Source of the DNA: Escherichia coli
GTDB lineage: Bacteria; Pseudomonadota; Gammaproteobacteria; Enterobacterales; Enterobacteriaceae
Assembly (NCBI RefSeq): GCF_041248615.1
Contig: NZ_CP158426.1
Strand: one strand, 5' to 3'
Length of the DNA: 64,000 nt
Each line of letters starts with the position of its first letter. Within the stretch, counting starts at the first letter, position 1. Below the pieces are notes generated by a model. That model worked only from the letters and a program-made list of their open reading frames with translations. It did no database searches and was not told where the DNA came from. The position numbers were made by a program, and so were the translations under genes. Positions 23,311-32,765 of this stretch are shown piece by piece.

Positions 23311-24789
23311 TTACGCATTCGACCAGCTCTGGATCGAATCCGCATTCCCCAATTCACCATGCATCACTTCATACGATTTTTTCAGGATCACATCAGTGTG
23401 CTTGGTTAGGTCTTTGAAAATGCCTTTATTCATCGCGTCGTAGCGTTTGGCGTTGCTCTCAACAGGCATAAAGATATCTTTCACGCGAACCATTTTGTCG
23501 ACAGCCGTTGCGTAATCCGGGTATAGCCCCAGACCTACCGCCGTATTAATCGCTGCCCCCAGACTTGCACAACCATTAATGGCGTTACGGCGTGCCGGAA
23601 GGTTGAACACGTCGGCAAAAATCTGCATAAACAGATCGCTGTTCGAACCGCCGCCAGTAATGATCACATGCTTTGCAAAGTGATTCATTTCATTACACAT
23701 ATTGTCGTAATTGTTCTTCAGCGTCAGCGCCACGCTTTCCAGTATCGAACGATATATCCATGCGTAATCCATGCTGGAATCAAAGCCGATCATAATCCCG
23801 CGTTTGTACGGTTCCCACGGATTGGTCAGCCAGTCCAGCACCGTCATCAGACCATTACAGCCAGGCGGCACACAAGACGCTTTTTTGTTGAGTAAATCTT
23901 CCGGTGAAAGATCCTGTGCTTTGGCATCCTGAATTAACGACTCGCCTAACATGTCGCGCAGCCAGCTCACTGTCCACATGCCTTTGCGGATACCGTAACC
24001 TTCATACAGCAATGTTTGCGGAATAGAAGACATAATCGGCCAGTACGCTACCGGATCTTTCGGCAGTGCTTTGCCGTTCATCATCAACGCGATGTAAGTG
24101 CCAAGAGAAATTACCGCAGTTTCATCATCCAGTAACCCGGCTCCCAGTGCTTCTACCGGTTTATCACTGGTGGTACAAACAACCGGCAGCCCAGCCGGGA
24201 AATGTGTCGCCAGCGCGGCTTGACGAGTGATATGCCCAAGAACAGTGCCCGGCATTTGCACATCAAACAGCATATGACGGGGGATATTAAACTTCTCCAT
24301 GACTGCGGCATCTTCACTCCATGCCCAGGTCTTATAATCCACCGGCCACTGACCAAAATAGTTGGCGATATTGTCTTTAAACTCGCCGGTTAAGCGATGC
24401 GTCAGATAACCCGAAAAAGAGGTGACATATGCCACGTCAGGATTCGTATGTTCGTAAGGGCGTGTAACGCGTGCATCCTGCCAGCTAATCAACGGCGCAG
24501 CTGGCGTGCCATCGGCTTTCAATAACGCACGGCAGCAACGGATGGATCCCAGACCAATACCGACAATATCTTCTTTATTTCCGGCAAACTGACTCATCAA
24601 ATCGTGACCGGCAAAGCATAATGATGCCCATAAATCGTCGTCAGGATGTTCTGCGGTATCGGCATCTGGCGTGTGCATCGGCTGCAATAAGCCTTTGCCT
24701 TCGCAAACCACATTACCTTCCAGATCGTACATCACCACTTTTGTGCTCTGACTTCCACCATCAATCCCTATGATGTATTTTTTCGACAT
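23311..24789 (-). CDS. ygcE: FGGY-family carbohydrate kinase YgcE
   Basis: 492-aa ORF with N-terminal IGIDGGSQSTK kinase motif. Confidence 0.8.
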   Translation of the reverse strand: MSKKYIIGIDGGSQSTKVVMYDLEGNVVCEGKGLLQPMHTPDADTAEHPDDDLWASLCFAGHDLMSQFAGNKEDIVGIGLGSIRCCRALLKADGTPAAPLISWQDARVTRPYEHTNPDVAYVTSFSGYLTHRLTGEFKDNIANYFGQWPVDYKTWAWSEDAAVMEKFNIPRHMLFDVQMPGTVLGHITRQAALATHFPAGLPVVCTTSDKPVEALGAGLLDDETAVISLGTYIALMMNGKALPKDPVAYWPIMSSIPQTLLYEGYGIRKGMWTVSWLRDMLGESLIQDAKAQDLSPEDLLNKKASCVPPGCNGLMTVLDWLTNPWEPYKRGIMIGFDSSMDYAWIYRSILESVALTLKNNYDNMCNEMNHFAKHVIITGGGSNSDLFMQIFADVFNLPARRNAINGCASLGAAINTAVGLGLYPDYATAVDKMVRVKDIFMPVESNAKRYDAMNKGIFKDLTKHTDVILKKSYEVMHGELGNADSIQSWSNA

Positions 24790-24815
24790 GATTTTTCTCC
24801 TGTAATTTTCTGGAC

Positions 24816-26093
24816 TTACTTGCTGCTAGCCATAGCAGGGGCGCTATCAGCAGTACGAATTTTTTGGAACAGCAAAAAGGTAAAGACGATCACCATGGCA
24901 AGCGCCGCCATGCCCATCAGCCACATATTGCGGTAGGCTTCTGCAGCGGGCAGGGTGTCTTGCCAGTAGCCGATAATCGGGTAAACGAAGACATCCGGCA
25001 GGAATCCAATCACCGAACAAATACCTACCGTGGTGCCCATAATGTAAGACGGTGTTCTCGCTTCGCCAGGGCAGGCCCAGTACAGCCCGCGTGAGGCGTA
25101 ACAGGTGAATCCCAGCAGTAAAATCAGGCCAATCCCCATCGCGACCGATTGCGGGTTAGAGTTCGTGACGAGCAGGGCAGTTAACGCCAGCAAGCCGAGT
25201 ACGGAAAGGATTTGGATCACGCGGGTAGGGGATTTCACTTTGCTGTAGGTGGTGATAATGCCACCAAGTGGGCCGCACAGTGCGCGGAAGATTTTGTTGA
25301 TCACAATCCCCATGTAGCTCGCCGCCACCAGCGACATGCCGTACATTTCGGTCAGATAGTTGGTGGAGTAACTCAGAATGGCGTAGATGGTGAAGACACC
25401 AAAAATCACCATGCTGCAATACCAGGTGGTGCTGATGCGCAAAACAGCCAGGATGTCGCTAAGCTGGAATGACTGTTTTTCTTCGTTATTGGTATTGCGC
25501 AGGTTGTTGTTATCGCTAACAAAAAACCAACACAAAATGCCCAGCAGAATGTAAACCACACTATAGATAATAATGACCGTTTTCAGGCTGGCGCTGTCAT
25601 CCGGTGCAAAGCGAGAAAAGACCCACATGGTAAACACCGCCAGCGACATTACACCGACGCCGCGCAGCCCTTCCATCCAGCCCATAATTTTCCCTTGCTC
25701 GCTATGATCGCCCAGCAACGAGGCGGCTTTAATCGACACCGACCACAGCATTAAAATCGTCGTTATCGCAAAGGCGACCTGAATACAGAGCATTACCCAC
25801 AGCGGTGGATATGTTGCCATTAACAGACCCAGTAATCCGGTAATGATCATCGCGGAAGTAATCATTTTGCGGTGTGAAAATTTATCGGCAATAACGCCGC
25901 TGGGGGCATAAAGAATAATAGCCGCAATACCAAAGGTACTCATTATTAAACCTATCTCGGTATTGCTGAATCCCATAAATTTCGCCATGGGAATTTGATA
26001 AATATAACGTAAATAAGCCAGGTCGAAACTAACGCCGCCGCTAAAACTAATTATCGCGAGGGTTATCCAACGGCGATATGAGTTGTGTTGCAT
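24816..26093 (-). CDS. yqcE: MFS transporter YqcE
   Basis: 425-aa hydrophobic ORF directly upstream of ygcE on same strand. Confidence 0.8.
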   Translation of the reverse strand: MQHNSYRRWITLAIISFSGGVSFDLAYLRYIYQIPMAKFMGFSNTEIGLIMSTFGIAAIILYAPSGVIADKFSHRKMITSAMIITGLLGLLMATYPPLWVMLCIQVAFAITTILMLWSVSIKAASLLGDHSEQGKIMGWMEGLRGVGVMSLAVFTMWVFSRFAPDDSASLKTVIIIYSVVYILLGILCWFFVSDNNNLRNTNNEEKQSFQLSDILAVLRISTTWYCSMVIFGVFTIYAILSYSTNYLTEMYGMSLVAASYMGIVINKIFRALCGPLGGIITTYSKVKSPTRVIQILSVLGLLALTALLVTNSNPQSVAMGIGLILLLGFTCYASRGLYWACPGEARTPSYIMGTTVGICSVIGFLPDVFVYPIIGYWQDTLPAAEAYRNMWLMGMAALAMVIVFTFLLFQKIRTADSAPAMASSK

Positions 26094-26116
26094 ATCGTAT
26101 TCCCATTTGTAATAGA

Positions 26117-26180
26117 CAAAAAAAAGAGAAAAGTAAGCCGCCCTTTCAGGTGGATTACTTTTCTCAGGTCTCTAGTAATT
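26117..26180 (-). promoter_or_regulatory. yqcE leader: conserved 5' hairpin (antiterminator candidate) overlapping intrinsic terminator about 24 nt before the start codon
   Basis: Minus strand: hairpin AUUACU/AGUAAU (26153-26178) with loop AGAGACCUGAGAAA; terminator arms GAGAAAAGTAA/TTACTTTTCTC (26125-26164) plus U8 (A-run 26117-26124 on + strand). Confidence 0.6.
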
Positions 26181-26213
26181 GCAATAAGAAATAACATGGA
26201 AAGCAGTGGTGTT

Positions 26214-26229
26214 GTGTGAGAGTAATCAC
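26214..26229. promoter_or_regulatory. CRP-like site TGTGAGAGTAATCACG, positioned for the yqcE promoter
   Basis: TGTGA-N6-TCACG; centre about 41.5 bp from the start of the yqcE leader motif. Confidence 0.45.
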
Positions 26230-26271
26230 GCTTCTGCTTTTTAAAATTATTTGACAATTCGAATATCACAC

Positions 26272-26287
26272 TGTGATTACGATCACA
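26272..26287. promoter_or_regulatory. Consensus CRP site TGTGATTACGATCACA, positioned for the ygcW promoter
   Basis: Perfect TGTGA-N6-TCACA; centre about 42 bp from the start of the ygcW leader motif; TATGAT -10-like hexamer at 26304-26309. Confidence 0.5.
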
Positions 26288-26321
26288 TTAGCGATTATGC
26301 CCTTATGATAAAAATTATCTC

Positions 26322-26388
26322 CAGTTACCAGAGATAATGAGAAAGGTAACTTCCCTCTCGCGGGGGAAGTTACCTTTCTTTTTTTTTT
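26322..26388 (+). promoter_or_regulatory. ygcW leader: conserved 5' hairpin (antiterminator candidate) overlapping strong intrinsic terminator 25 nt before the start codon
   Basis: Hairpin AGUUACC/GGUAACU (26323-26351) with loop AGAGAUAAUGAGAAA; terminator 14-bp stem AAAGGTAACTTCCC/GGGAAGTTACCTTT (26342-26377) plus T10 (26379-26388). Confidence 0.65.
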
Positions 26389-26412
26389 GCCTTACGGAAA
26401 TTGGAGCTAACT

Positions 26413-27198
26413 ATGTCAATCGAATCTCTCAATGCGTTCTCAATGGATTTTTTCTCCCTGAAAGGTAAAACCGCAATTGTTACCGGCGGGAATAGCGGTT
26501 TAGGCCAGGCATTTGCCATGGCGCTGGCCAAAGCAGGCGCAAATATCTTTATTCCAAGCTTCGTTAAAGATAACGGCGAAACAAAGGAAATGATTGAAAA
26601 ACAGGGTGTTGAGGTGGACTTCATGCAGGTGGATATCACCGCAGAAGGCGCGCCGCAGAAGATAATCGTCGCCTGTTGCGAACGTTTCGGTACCGTCGAT
26701 ATTCTGATTAACAATGCCGGTATTTGTAAGCTGAATAAGGTGCTGGACTTCGGTCGTGCCGACTGGGACCCGATGATTGATGTGAACCTGACCGCCGCAT
26801 TCGAGTTAAGCTATGAAGCTGCAAAAATTATGATCCCGCAGAAAAGCGGTAAAATCATTAATATCTGTTCATTATTCTCTTACTTAGGTGGACAATGGTC
26901 ACCTGCATATTCTGCCACTAAACATGCTCTTGCCGGATTCACCAAAGCTTATTGTGATGAACTAGGTCAATATAATATTCAGGTAAATGGTATTGCCCCT
27001 GGCTATTATGCAACAGATATTACGCTGGCGACACGCAGTAATCCAGAAACTAATCAGCGCGTTCTTGATCATATTCCGGCAAACCGTTGGGGCGATACTC
27101 AGGATTTAATGGGCGCAGCCGTATTCCTCGCAAGTCCGGCTTCAAATTATGTTAACGGGCATTTATTAGTGGTCGATGGCGGTTATTTAGTGCGCTAA
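26413..27198 (+). CDS. ygcW: Short-chain dehydrogenase/reductase YgcW (KduD-like)
   Basis: ORF 26401-27198 (TTG); likely ATG start 26413 (MSIESLNAF...) with GGAG at 26403-26406; TGGNSGLG Rossmann motif. Confidence 0.8.
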   Translation: MSIESLNAFSMDFFSLKGKTAIVTGGNSGLGQAFAMALAKAGANIFIPSFVKDNGETKEMIEKQGVEVDFMQVDITAEGAPQKIIVACCERFGTVDILINNAGICKLNKVLDFGRADWDPMIDVNLTAAFELSYEAAKIMIPQKSGKIINICSLFSYLGGQWSPAYSATKHALAGFTKAYCDELGQYNIQVNGIAPGYYATDITLATRSNPETNQRVLDHIPANRWGDTQDLMGAAVFLASPASNYVNGHLLVVDGGYLVR

Positions 27199-27267
27199 TC
27201 CATAACGGTGGTTTCTGTTTTCTCTTATTAATGATTATTCCATTTTTATTATCAGGAAGGAATTACT

Positions 27268-28722
27268 ATGTCTTTATCTCGCGCAGCGATTGTCGACCAG
27301 CTAAAGAAAATTGTTGGTGCAGATCGCGTAATTACCGATGAAACAGTATTAAAGAAGAACAGTATTGACCGTTTTCGCAAATTTCCGGATATTCATGGCA
27401 TTTATACTTTGCCGATTCCGGCAGCGGTCGTAAAACTCGGTTCCACAGAACAAGTATCCCGTGTGCTGAATTTTATGAATGCGCACAAAATTAACGGTGT
27501 GCCGCGTACCGGTGCTTCCGCTACCGAAGGTGGGCTGGAAACCGTTGTGGAAAACTCGGTGGTGCTCGACGGCTCTGCCATGAATCAAATCATTAATATT
27601 GATATTGAGAATATGCAGGCCACGGCGCAATGCGGAGTTCCGCTGGAAGTGCTGGAAAACGCGTTGCGTGAAAAAGGTTACACCACGGGGCATTCTCCGC
27701 AGTCAAAGCCGCTGGCGCAGATGGGCGGCCTGGTAGCAACCCGCAGTATCGGGCAGTTCTCCACACTCTACGGCGCAATCGAAGATATGGTCGTTGGTCT
27801 GGAAGCAGTATTGGCTGATGGCACCGTAACACGCATTAAAAACGTACCACGCCGCGCGGCAGGCCCGGACATTCGTCACATCATCATCGGCAACGAAGGT
27901 GCATTGTGCTATATCACTGAAGTAACTGTGAAAATCTTTAAGTTCACCCCGGAAAACAACCTCTTCTACGGCTATATCCTGGAAGACATGAAAACCGGCT
28001 TCAACATCCTGCGTGAAATCATGGTGGAAGGGTATCGTCCGTCGATCGCTCGTTTGTATGACGCTGAAGATGGCACCCAACACTTCACCCATTTTGCTGA
28101 CGGAAAATGCGTGCTGATCTTTATGGCTGAAGGTAACCCTCGCATTGCGAAGGCGACGGGCGAAGGGATTGCTGAAATCGTGGCACGTTACCCGCAATGC
28201 CAGCGAGTGGACAGCAAGCTGATCGAAACCTGGTTTAACAACCTGAACTGGGGACCGGATAAAGTAGCTGCCGAACGTGTGCAGATCCTCAAAACCGGCA
28301 ACATGGGCTTTACCACCGAAGTGTCCGGCTGCTGGAGCTGCATTCACGAAATCTACGAAAGCGTTATTAACCGTATTCGTACCGAGTTCCCGCACGCCGA
28401 CGACATCACCATGCTGGGCGGTCACTCCTCTCACAGCTACCAGAACGGCACCAACATGTACTTCGTTTACGACTACAACGTTGTTGACTGTAAGCCGGAA
28501 GAGGAAATCGACAAGTACCACAATCCGCTCAACAAAATCATCTGCGAAGAAACCATTCGCCTCGGCGGTTCGATGGTGCACCACCACGGTATTGGTAAAC
28601 ATCGCGTTCACTGGAGCAAACTGGAACACGGCAGCGCGTGGACGTTGCTGGAAGGTCTGAAAAAACAGTTCGATCCTAACGGCATTATGAATACGGGTAC
28701 TATCTATCCGATTGAAAAATAA
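27268..28722 (+). CDS. ygcU: FAD-linked oxidoreductase YgcU (glycolate oxidase / alkyl-DHAP synthase-like)
   Basis: 484-aa ORF. Confidence 0.8.
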   Translation: MSLSRAAIVDQLKKIVGADRVITDETVLKKNSIDRFRKFPDIHGIYTLPIPAAVVKLGSTEQVSRVLNFMNAHKINGVPRTGASATEGGLETVVENSVVLDGSAMNQIINIDIENMQATAQCGVPLEVLENALREKGYTTGHSPQSKPLAQMGGLVATRSIGQFSTLYGAIEDMVVGLEAVLADGTVTRIKNVPRRAAGPDIRHIIIGNEGALCYITEVTVKIFKFTPENNLFYGYILEDMKTGFNILREIMVEGYRPSIARLYDAEDGTQHFTHFADGKCVLIFMAEGNPRIAKATGEGIAEIVARYPQCQRVDSKLIETWFNNLNWGPDKVAAERVQILKTGNMGFTTEVSGCWSCIHEIYESVINRIRTEFPHADDITMLGGHSSHSYQNGTNMYFVYDYNVVDCKPEEEIDKYHNPLNKIICEETIRLGGSMVHHHGIGKHRVHWSKLEHGSAWTLLEGLKKQFDPNGIMNTGTIYPIEK

Positions 28723-28814
28723 TATGTCAGGCAGCGTTCCGCTATGAGGGGCGTTGCCTTTTCGGCTTCTCAGGCGAGAAGCCGTTCTTATTACCGGACA
28801 ATGAAGGGGTAAAG

Positions 28815-30152
28815 ATGAACACTTCACCGGTGCGAATGGATGATTTACCGCTTAACCGTTTTCACTGTCGAATTGCTGCGCTCACTTTCGGGGCGCACCT
28901 GACCGACGGTTATGTTCTCGGCGTCATTGGTTACGCCATTATTCAGCTTACACCCGCCATGCAACTGACGCCGTTTATGGCGGGAATGATTGGCGGCTCG
29001 GCGCTACTTGGCCTGTTTATCGGTAGCCTGGTTTTGGGGTGGATCTCCGACCATATTGGTCGGCAAAAAATCTTCACCTTCAGCTTTTTGCTGATTACGC
29101 TCGCTTCGTTCTTACAATTTTTTGCCACCACGCCAGAGCATCTTATTGGACTGCGCATTTTGATCGGCATTGGTCTGGGAGGCGATTACTCAGTAGGCCA
29201 CACCTTGCTGGCTGAATTTTCTCCGCGCCGCCATCGCGGTATTTTGCTGGGCGCATTCAGCGTGGTGTGGACCGTAGGCTATGTGCTGGCAAGTATTGCC
29301 GGACATCACTTTATTAGCGAAAGCCCGGAGGCCTGGCGCTGGCTGCTGGCATCGGCAGCTCTGCCCGCATTGTTGATTACGTTATTACGCTGGGGAACGC
29401 CAGAATCGCCACGCTGGCTACTGCGCCAGGGGCGTTTTGCAGAAGCTCACGCTATCGTGCATCGCTATTTTGGTCCCCATGTTTTACTGGGCGATGAAGT
29501 GGCAACGGCGACCCATAAACACATCAAAACCTTGTTCTCTTCGCGCTACTGGCGGCGCACGGCGTTTAACAGCGTCTTCTTTGTCTGCCTCGTAATCCCA
29601 TGGTTTGTGATTTATACCTGGCTGCCAACTATCGCCCAGACTATTGGTCTGGAAGATGCGCTGACAGCTAGCCTGATGCTTAATGCGTTGTTAATTGTGG
29701 GTGCGCTGCTGGGATTAGTTCTGACGCACCTGCTGGCACATCGCAAATTTTTGCTGGGAAGTTTTTTGTTGCTGGCGGCAACGCTGGTCGTGATGGCCTG
29801 TTTGCCTTCCGGCAGTTCATTAACGCTGCTGCTTTTTGTTCTCTTCAGCACCACCATTTCGGCAGTCAGTAATCTGGTGGGCATTTTGCCTGCGGAAAGT
29901 TTTCCTACTGACATTCGCTCGCTGGGCGTCGGTTTTGCCACCGCCATGAGTCGACTTGGCGCGGCGGTAAGTACGGGCCTGCTGCCGTGGGTGCTGGCGC
30001 AGTGGGGAATGCAAGTCACCTTAATGCTCCTGGCGGCAGTGTTGTTGGTTGGTTTTGTTGTGACCTGGCTATGGGCACCAGAAACCAAAGCACTCCCGCT
30101 GGTGGCGGCGGGAAATGTAGGAGGTGCGAATGAACATTCTGTTAGCGTTTAA
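28815..30152 (+). CDS. ygcS: MFS transporter YgcS
   Basis: 445-aa hydrophobic ORF. Confidence 0.8.
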   Translation: MNTSPVRMDDLPLNRFHCRIAALTFGAHLTDGYVLGVIGYAIIQLTPAMQLTPFMAGMIGGSALLGLFIGSLVLGWISDHIGRQKIFTFSFLLITLASFLQFFATTPEHLIGLRILIGIGLGGDYSVGHTLLAEFSPRRHRGILLGAFSVVWTVGYVLASIAGHHFISESPEAWRWLLASAALPALLITLLRWGTPESPRWLLRQGRFAEAHAIVHRYFGPHVLLGDEVATATHKHIKTLFSSRYWRRTAFNSVFFVCLVIPWFVIYTWLPTIAQTIGLEDALTASLMLNALLIVGALLGLVLTHLLAHRKFLLGSFLLLAATLVVMACLPSGSSLTLLLFVLFSTTISAVSNLVGILPAESFPTDIRSLGVGFATAMSRLGAAVSTGLLPWVLAQWGMQVTLMLLAAVLLVGFVVTWLWAPETKALPLVAAGNVGGANEHSVSV

Positions 30153-30909
30153 AGCCGAACCGGATGCCGGAATGCTGGCGGAAAAAGAGTGGCAGGCGGC
30201 GGCTCAGGGTAATAGCGGACCGGATGTTTCGCTTCTGCGAAGTTTACTCGGTGCTGATGAACAGGCTGCCGCCGCGCTGCTGTTGGCGCAGAGAAAAAAC
30301 GGTACGTCGATGTCCTTAACCGCGTTGAGCATGGGGGATGAACGGGCGTTGCACTGGCTGCGCTATCTCATGGCGCTTGGGTTTGAGGAAGCTGTATTGC
30401 TGGAGACGGCGGCAGATCTGCGCTTTGCGCCGGAATTTGTCGCTCGCCATATTGCCGAATGGCAGCGTCAGAATCCGCTGGATCTGATAATTACCGGCTG
30501 CCAAAGCAGCGAAGGGCAGAATGGGCAAACGCCATTTTTGCTGGCGGAAATGCTGGGCTGGCCCTGCTTCACCCAGGTGGAGCGTTTTACTCTCGACGCG
30601 CCGTTTATCACCCTCGAACAGCGTACTGAAAACGGGCTGCGCTGTTGCCGGGTTCGCTTGCCTGCGGTGATTGCCGTGCGTCAGTGCGGTGAAGTGGCCT
30701 TGCCAGTACCGGGAATGCGCCAGCGTATGGCGGCGGGGAAAGCAGAAATTATCCGTAAAACTGTTGCTGCCGAATCGCCAGCGATGCAGTGTCTGCAACT
30801 GGCAAGAGCAGAGCAACAACGCGGAGCGACGCTGATTGATGGGCAAACGGTAGCAGAAAAAGCGCAAAAGCTATGGCAGGACTATTTACGCCAAAGGATG
30901 CAGCCATGA
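30130..30909 (+). CDS. ygcR: Electron transfer flavoprotein beta-subunit-like protein YgcR
   Basis: ORF 30124-30909; start probably MNILLAFK at 30130; overlaps ygcS stop. Confidence 0.7.
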   Translation: MNILLAFKAEPDAGMLAEKEWQAAAQGNSGPDVSLLRSLLGADEQAAAALLLAQRKNGTSMSLTALSMGDERALHWLRYLMALGFEEAVLLETAADLRFAPEFVARHIAEWQRQNPLDLIITGCQSSEGQNGQTPFLLAEMLGWPCFTQVERFTLDAPFITLEQRTENGLRCCRVRLPAVIAVRQCGEVALPVPGMRQRMAAGKAEIIRKTVAAESPAMQCLQLARAEQQRGATLIDGQTVAEKAQKLWQDYLRQRMQP

Positions 30910-31766
30910 ATATCGCAATTGTGACAATAAATCAGGAGAATGCCGCAATAGCGAGCTGGCTGGCAGAACAGGATTTCAGCGGTTGTACCCTGGCACACTG
31001 GCAGATTGAACCTCAGCCCGTAGTGGCGGAACAGGTGCTGGATGCGCTGGTGGAACAGTGGCAGCGAACGCCAGCGGACGTTGTTCTCTTTCCGCCGGGA
31101 ACGTTTGGCGATGAACTGTCGACCCGGCTGGCCTGGCGTTTACATGGTGCAAGCATCTGCCAGGTGACTTCGTTAGATATTCCAACTGTAAGCATGCGCA
31201 AATCCCACTGGGGAAATGCGCTAACGGCGACGCTGCAAACAGAAAAACGCCCGCTATGCCTTTCCCTTGCCCGCCAGGCGGGAGCACTGAAAAACGCCAC
31301 GTTGCCCTCTGGTATGCAGCAACTGAACATTGTCCCCGGCGCGCTTCCCGACTGGCTGGTTAGCACAGAGGATCTGAAAAATGTTACCCGTGACCCATTA
31401 GCTGAGGCCAGACGGGTGCTGGTGGTGGGGCAGGGCGGAGAGGCAGATAACCAGGAAATCGCTATGCTGGCAGAAAAGCTGGGAGCCGAAGTGGGCTACA
31501 GTCGGGCGCGAGTAATGAACGGTGGCGTTGATGCCGAAAAAGTGATTGGTATTTCCGGACATCTGCTGGCACCTGAGGTGTGTATTGTTGTTGGCGCTTC
31601 CGGCGCAGCAGCGTTAATGGCGGGCGTCCGCAATAGCAAGTTTGTGGTGGCGATTAATCATGACGCCAGCGCGGCGGTATTTTCACAGGCAGATGTTGGC
31701 GTGGTTGATGACTGGAAAGCGGTGCTGGAGGCACTGGTGACAAACATTCACGCAGATTGCCAATAA
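30906..31766 (+). CDS. ygcQ: Electron transfer flavoprotein alpha-subunit-like protein YgcQ
   Basis: ORF 30873-31766; start probably MNIAIVTINQ at 30906, overlapping ygcR stop. Confidence 0.7.
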   Translation: MNIAIVTINQENAAIASWLAEQDFSGCTLAHWQIEPQPVVAEQVLDALVEQWQRTPADVVLFPPGTFGDELSTRLAWRLHGASICQVTSLDIPTVSMRKSHWGNALTATLQTEKRPLCLSLARQAGALKNATLPSGMQQLNIVPGALPDWLVSTEDLKNVTRDPLAEARRVLVVGQGGEADNQEIAMLAEKLGAEVGYSRARVMNGGVDAEKVIGISGHLLAPEVCIVVGASGAAALMAGVRNSKFVVAINHDASAAVFSQADVGVVDDWKAVLEALVTNIHADCQ

Positions 31767-31794
31767 CGTGCAGCCGGATGATCCTGCCTACGGT

Positions 31795-31870
31795 TCTGGG
31801 CTGGGGACTTGTAGGCCTGATAAGACGCGTCAAGCGTCGCATCAGGCGCTGAATGTCGGATGTGGCGTGC
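31795..31870. repeat. REP (repetitive extragenic palindromic) element(s) between convergent ygcQ and ygcP
   Basis: GCCTGATAAGACGCGTCAAGCGTCGCATCAGGC-type palindromic unit. Confidence 0.65.
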
Positions 31871-31873
31871 AGC

Positions 31874-32488
31874 CTACAAATCACACAAATTCAATTCGTT
31901 ACGATTATCCCGACAAAGCAATTTTTTCGCTAGCGTCCAGACCCCGGTATTCGTGGTGGAAAGCGCCACGACACCTGCGTTAATCGCATTACGCGCATCT
32001 TCTTCATCGCACACCAGCCCGCCAGCAATCAGCGGTTGGCGGATTTTCTCCGTCACCCAGCCCAGCACTTTGGGCATACAGCCTGGCAGGATCTCAATAC
32101 AATCCGGATTCGATTGCGCAACTTGCTTATCAATGTTGTGAAACGAAATTGAATCAACAATAAACAGGCGATGAATACAGAAAAAACCTTCCGCTCTTGC
32201 TGCTTTCAGCATTGAGGCTTTGGTACTGATAATTCCGTCCGCCTCGGTCACCAGTTTCAAAAACTGAATCACCACTTCTTTATTTGACGCGCCTTCCAGC
32301 AAATCAACATGAATAAAAGCATATTTTCCGGCATTTTTAATCTTTTTAACGATTTGACTAATGGTGCAGATATTGCCGTACAACACGGAAATAAACTGGC
32401 ATTCAGAGTCGATTGCCAGTTGCAGGCTGGCATTATCTTTAACGGCAGCAATCACCGGATTCTGGCGGAGCAGGTGTAAGAGGGGCAT
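31874..32488 (-). CDS. ygcP: GlpP-family (glycerol-3-phosphate-responsive) transcription antiterminator homolog YgcP
   Basis: 204-aa ORF MPLLHLLRQNPVIAAVKDNASLQ...; C-terminal codons run into the REP element so the true stop may differ. Confidence 0.7.
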   Translation of the reverse strand: MPLLHLLRQNPVIAAVKDNASLQLAIDSECQFISVLYGNICTISQIVKKIKNAGKYAFIHVDLLEGASNKEVVIQFLKLVTEADGIISTKASMLKAARAEGFFCIHRLFIVDSISFHNIDKQVAQSNPDCIEILPGCMPKVLGWVTEKIRQPLIAGGLVCDEEDARNAINAGVVALSTTNTGVWTLAKKLLCRDNRNELNLCDL

Positions 32489-32504
32489 AAATTATCCTTA
32501 TTAT

Positions 32505-32765
32505 TTATCCAAAACGGTAGGTGATGCCGAATCCGGAAGGCGGATAGCGCCACTGTTGTAGTGTTGATTCGTCGCACAGCAAACGGCAGGTGCCACACTC
32601 CAGGCAGCCGCGATAATCAACGCGTAAGTCACCTTCCGGTGTGAGCAAAAAAAGACCAGCCGGACAAGCGTTAATCAACCGTTGTACCGTCTGGCGCTCA
32701 ACGGAGTCAGCCGGAACAATGTGCGGCGCATCGGCAACGCGCCAGAGATTACGGACTACAGACAT
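32505..32765 (-). CDS. ygcO: Ferredoxin-like protein YgcO (FixX-like)
   Basis: ORF 32505-32801; probable start MSVVRNL (86 aa); C-x2-C-x2-C-x3-C region CLECGTCRLLC. Confidence 0.7.
   Translation of the reverse strand: MSVVRNLWRVADAPHIVPADSVERQTVQRLINACPAGLFLLTPEGDLRVDYRGCLECGTCRLLCDESTLQQWRYPPSGFGITYRFG

Noticed and set aside
27703-28827. 374-aa minus-strand ORF
   Set aside because: Antisense to ygcU with no independent support; the same applies to antisense ORFs within pyrG (16996-17598), cysJ (35962-36429), cysI (37080-37742), cysD (50465-51085) and ecdC (61815-62540).
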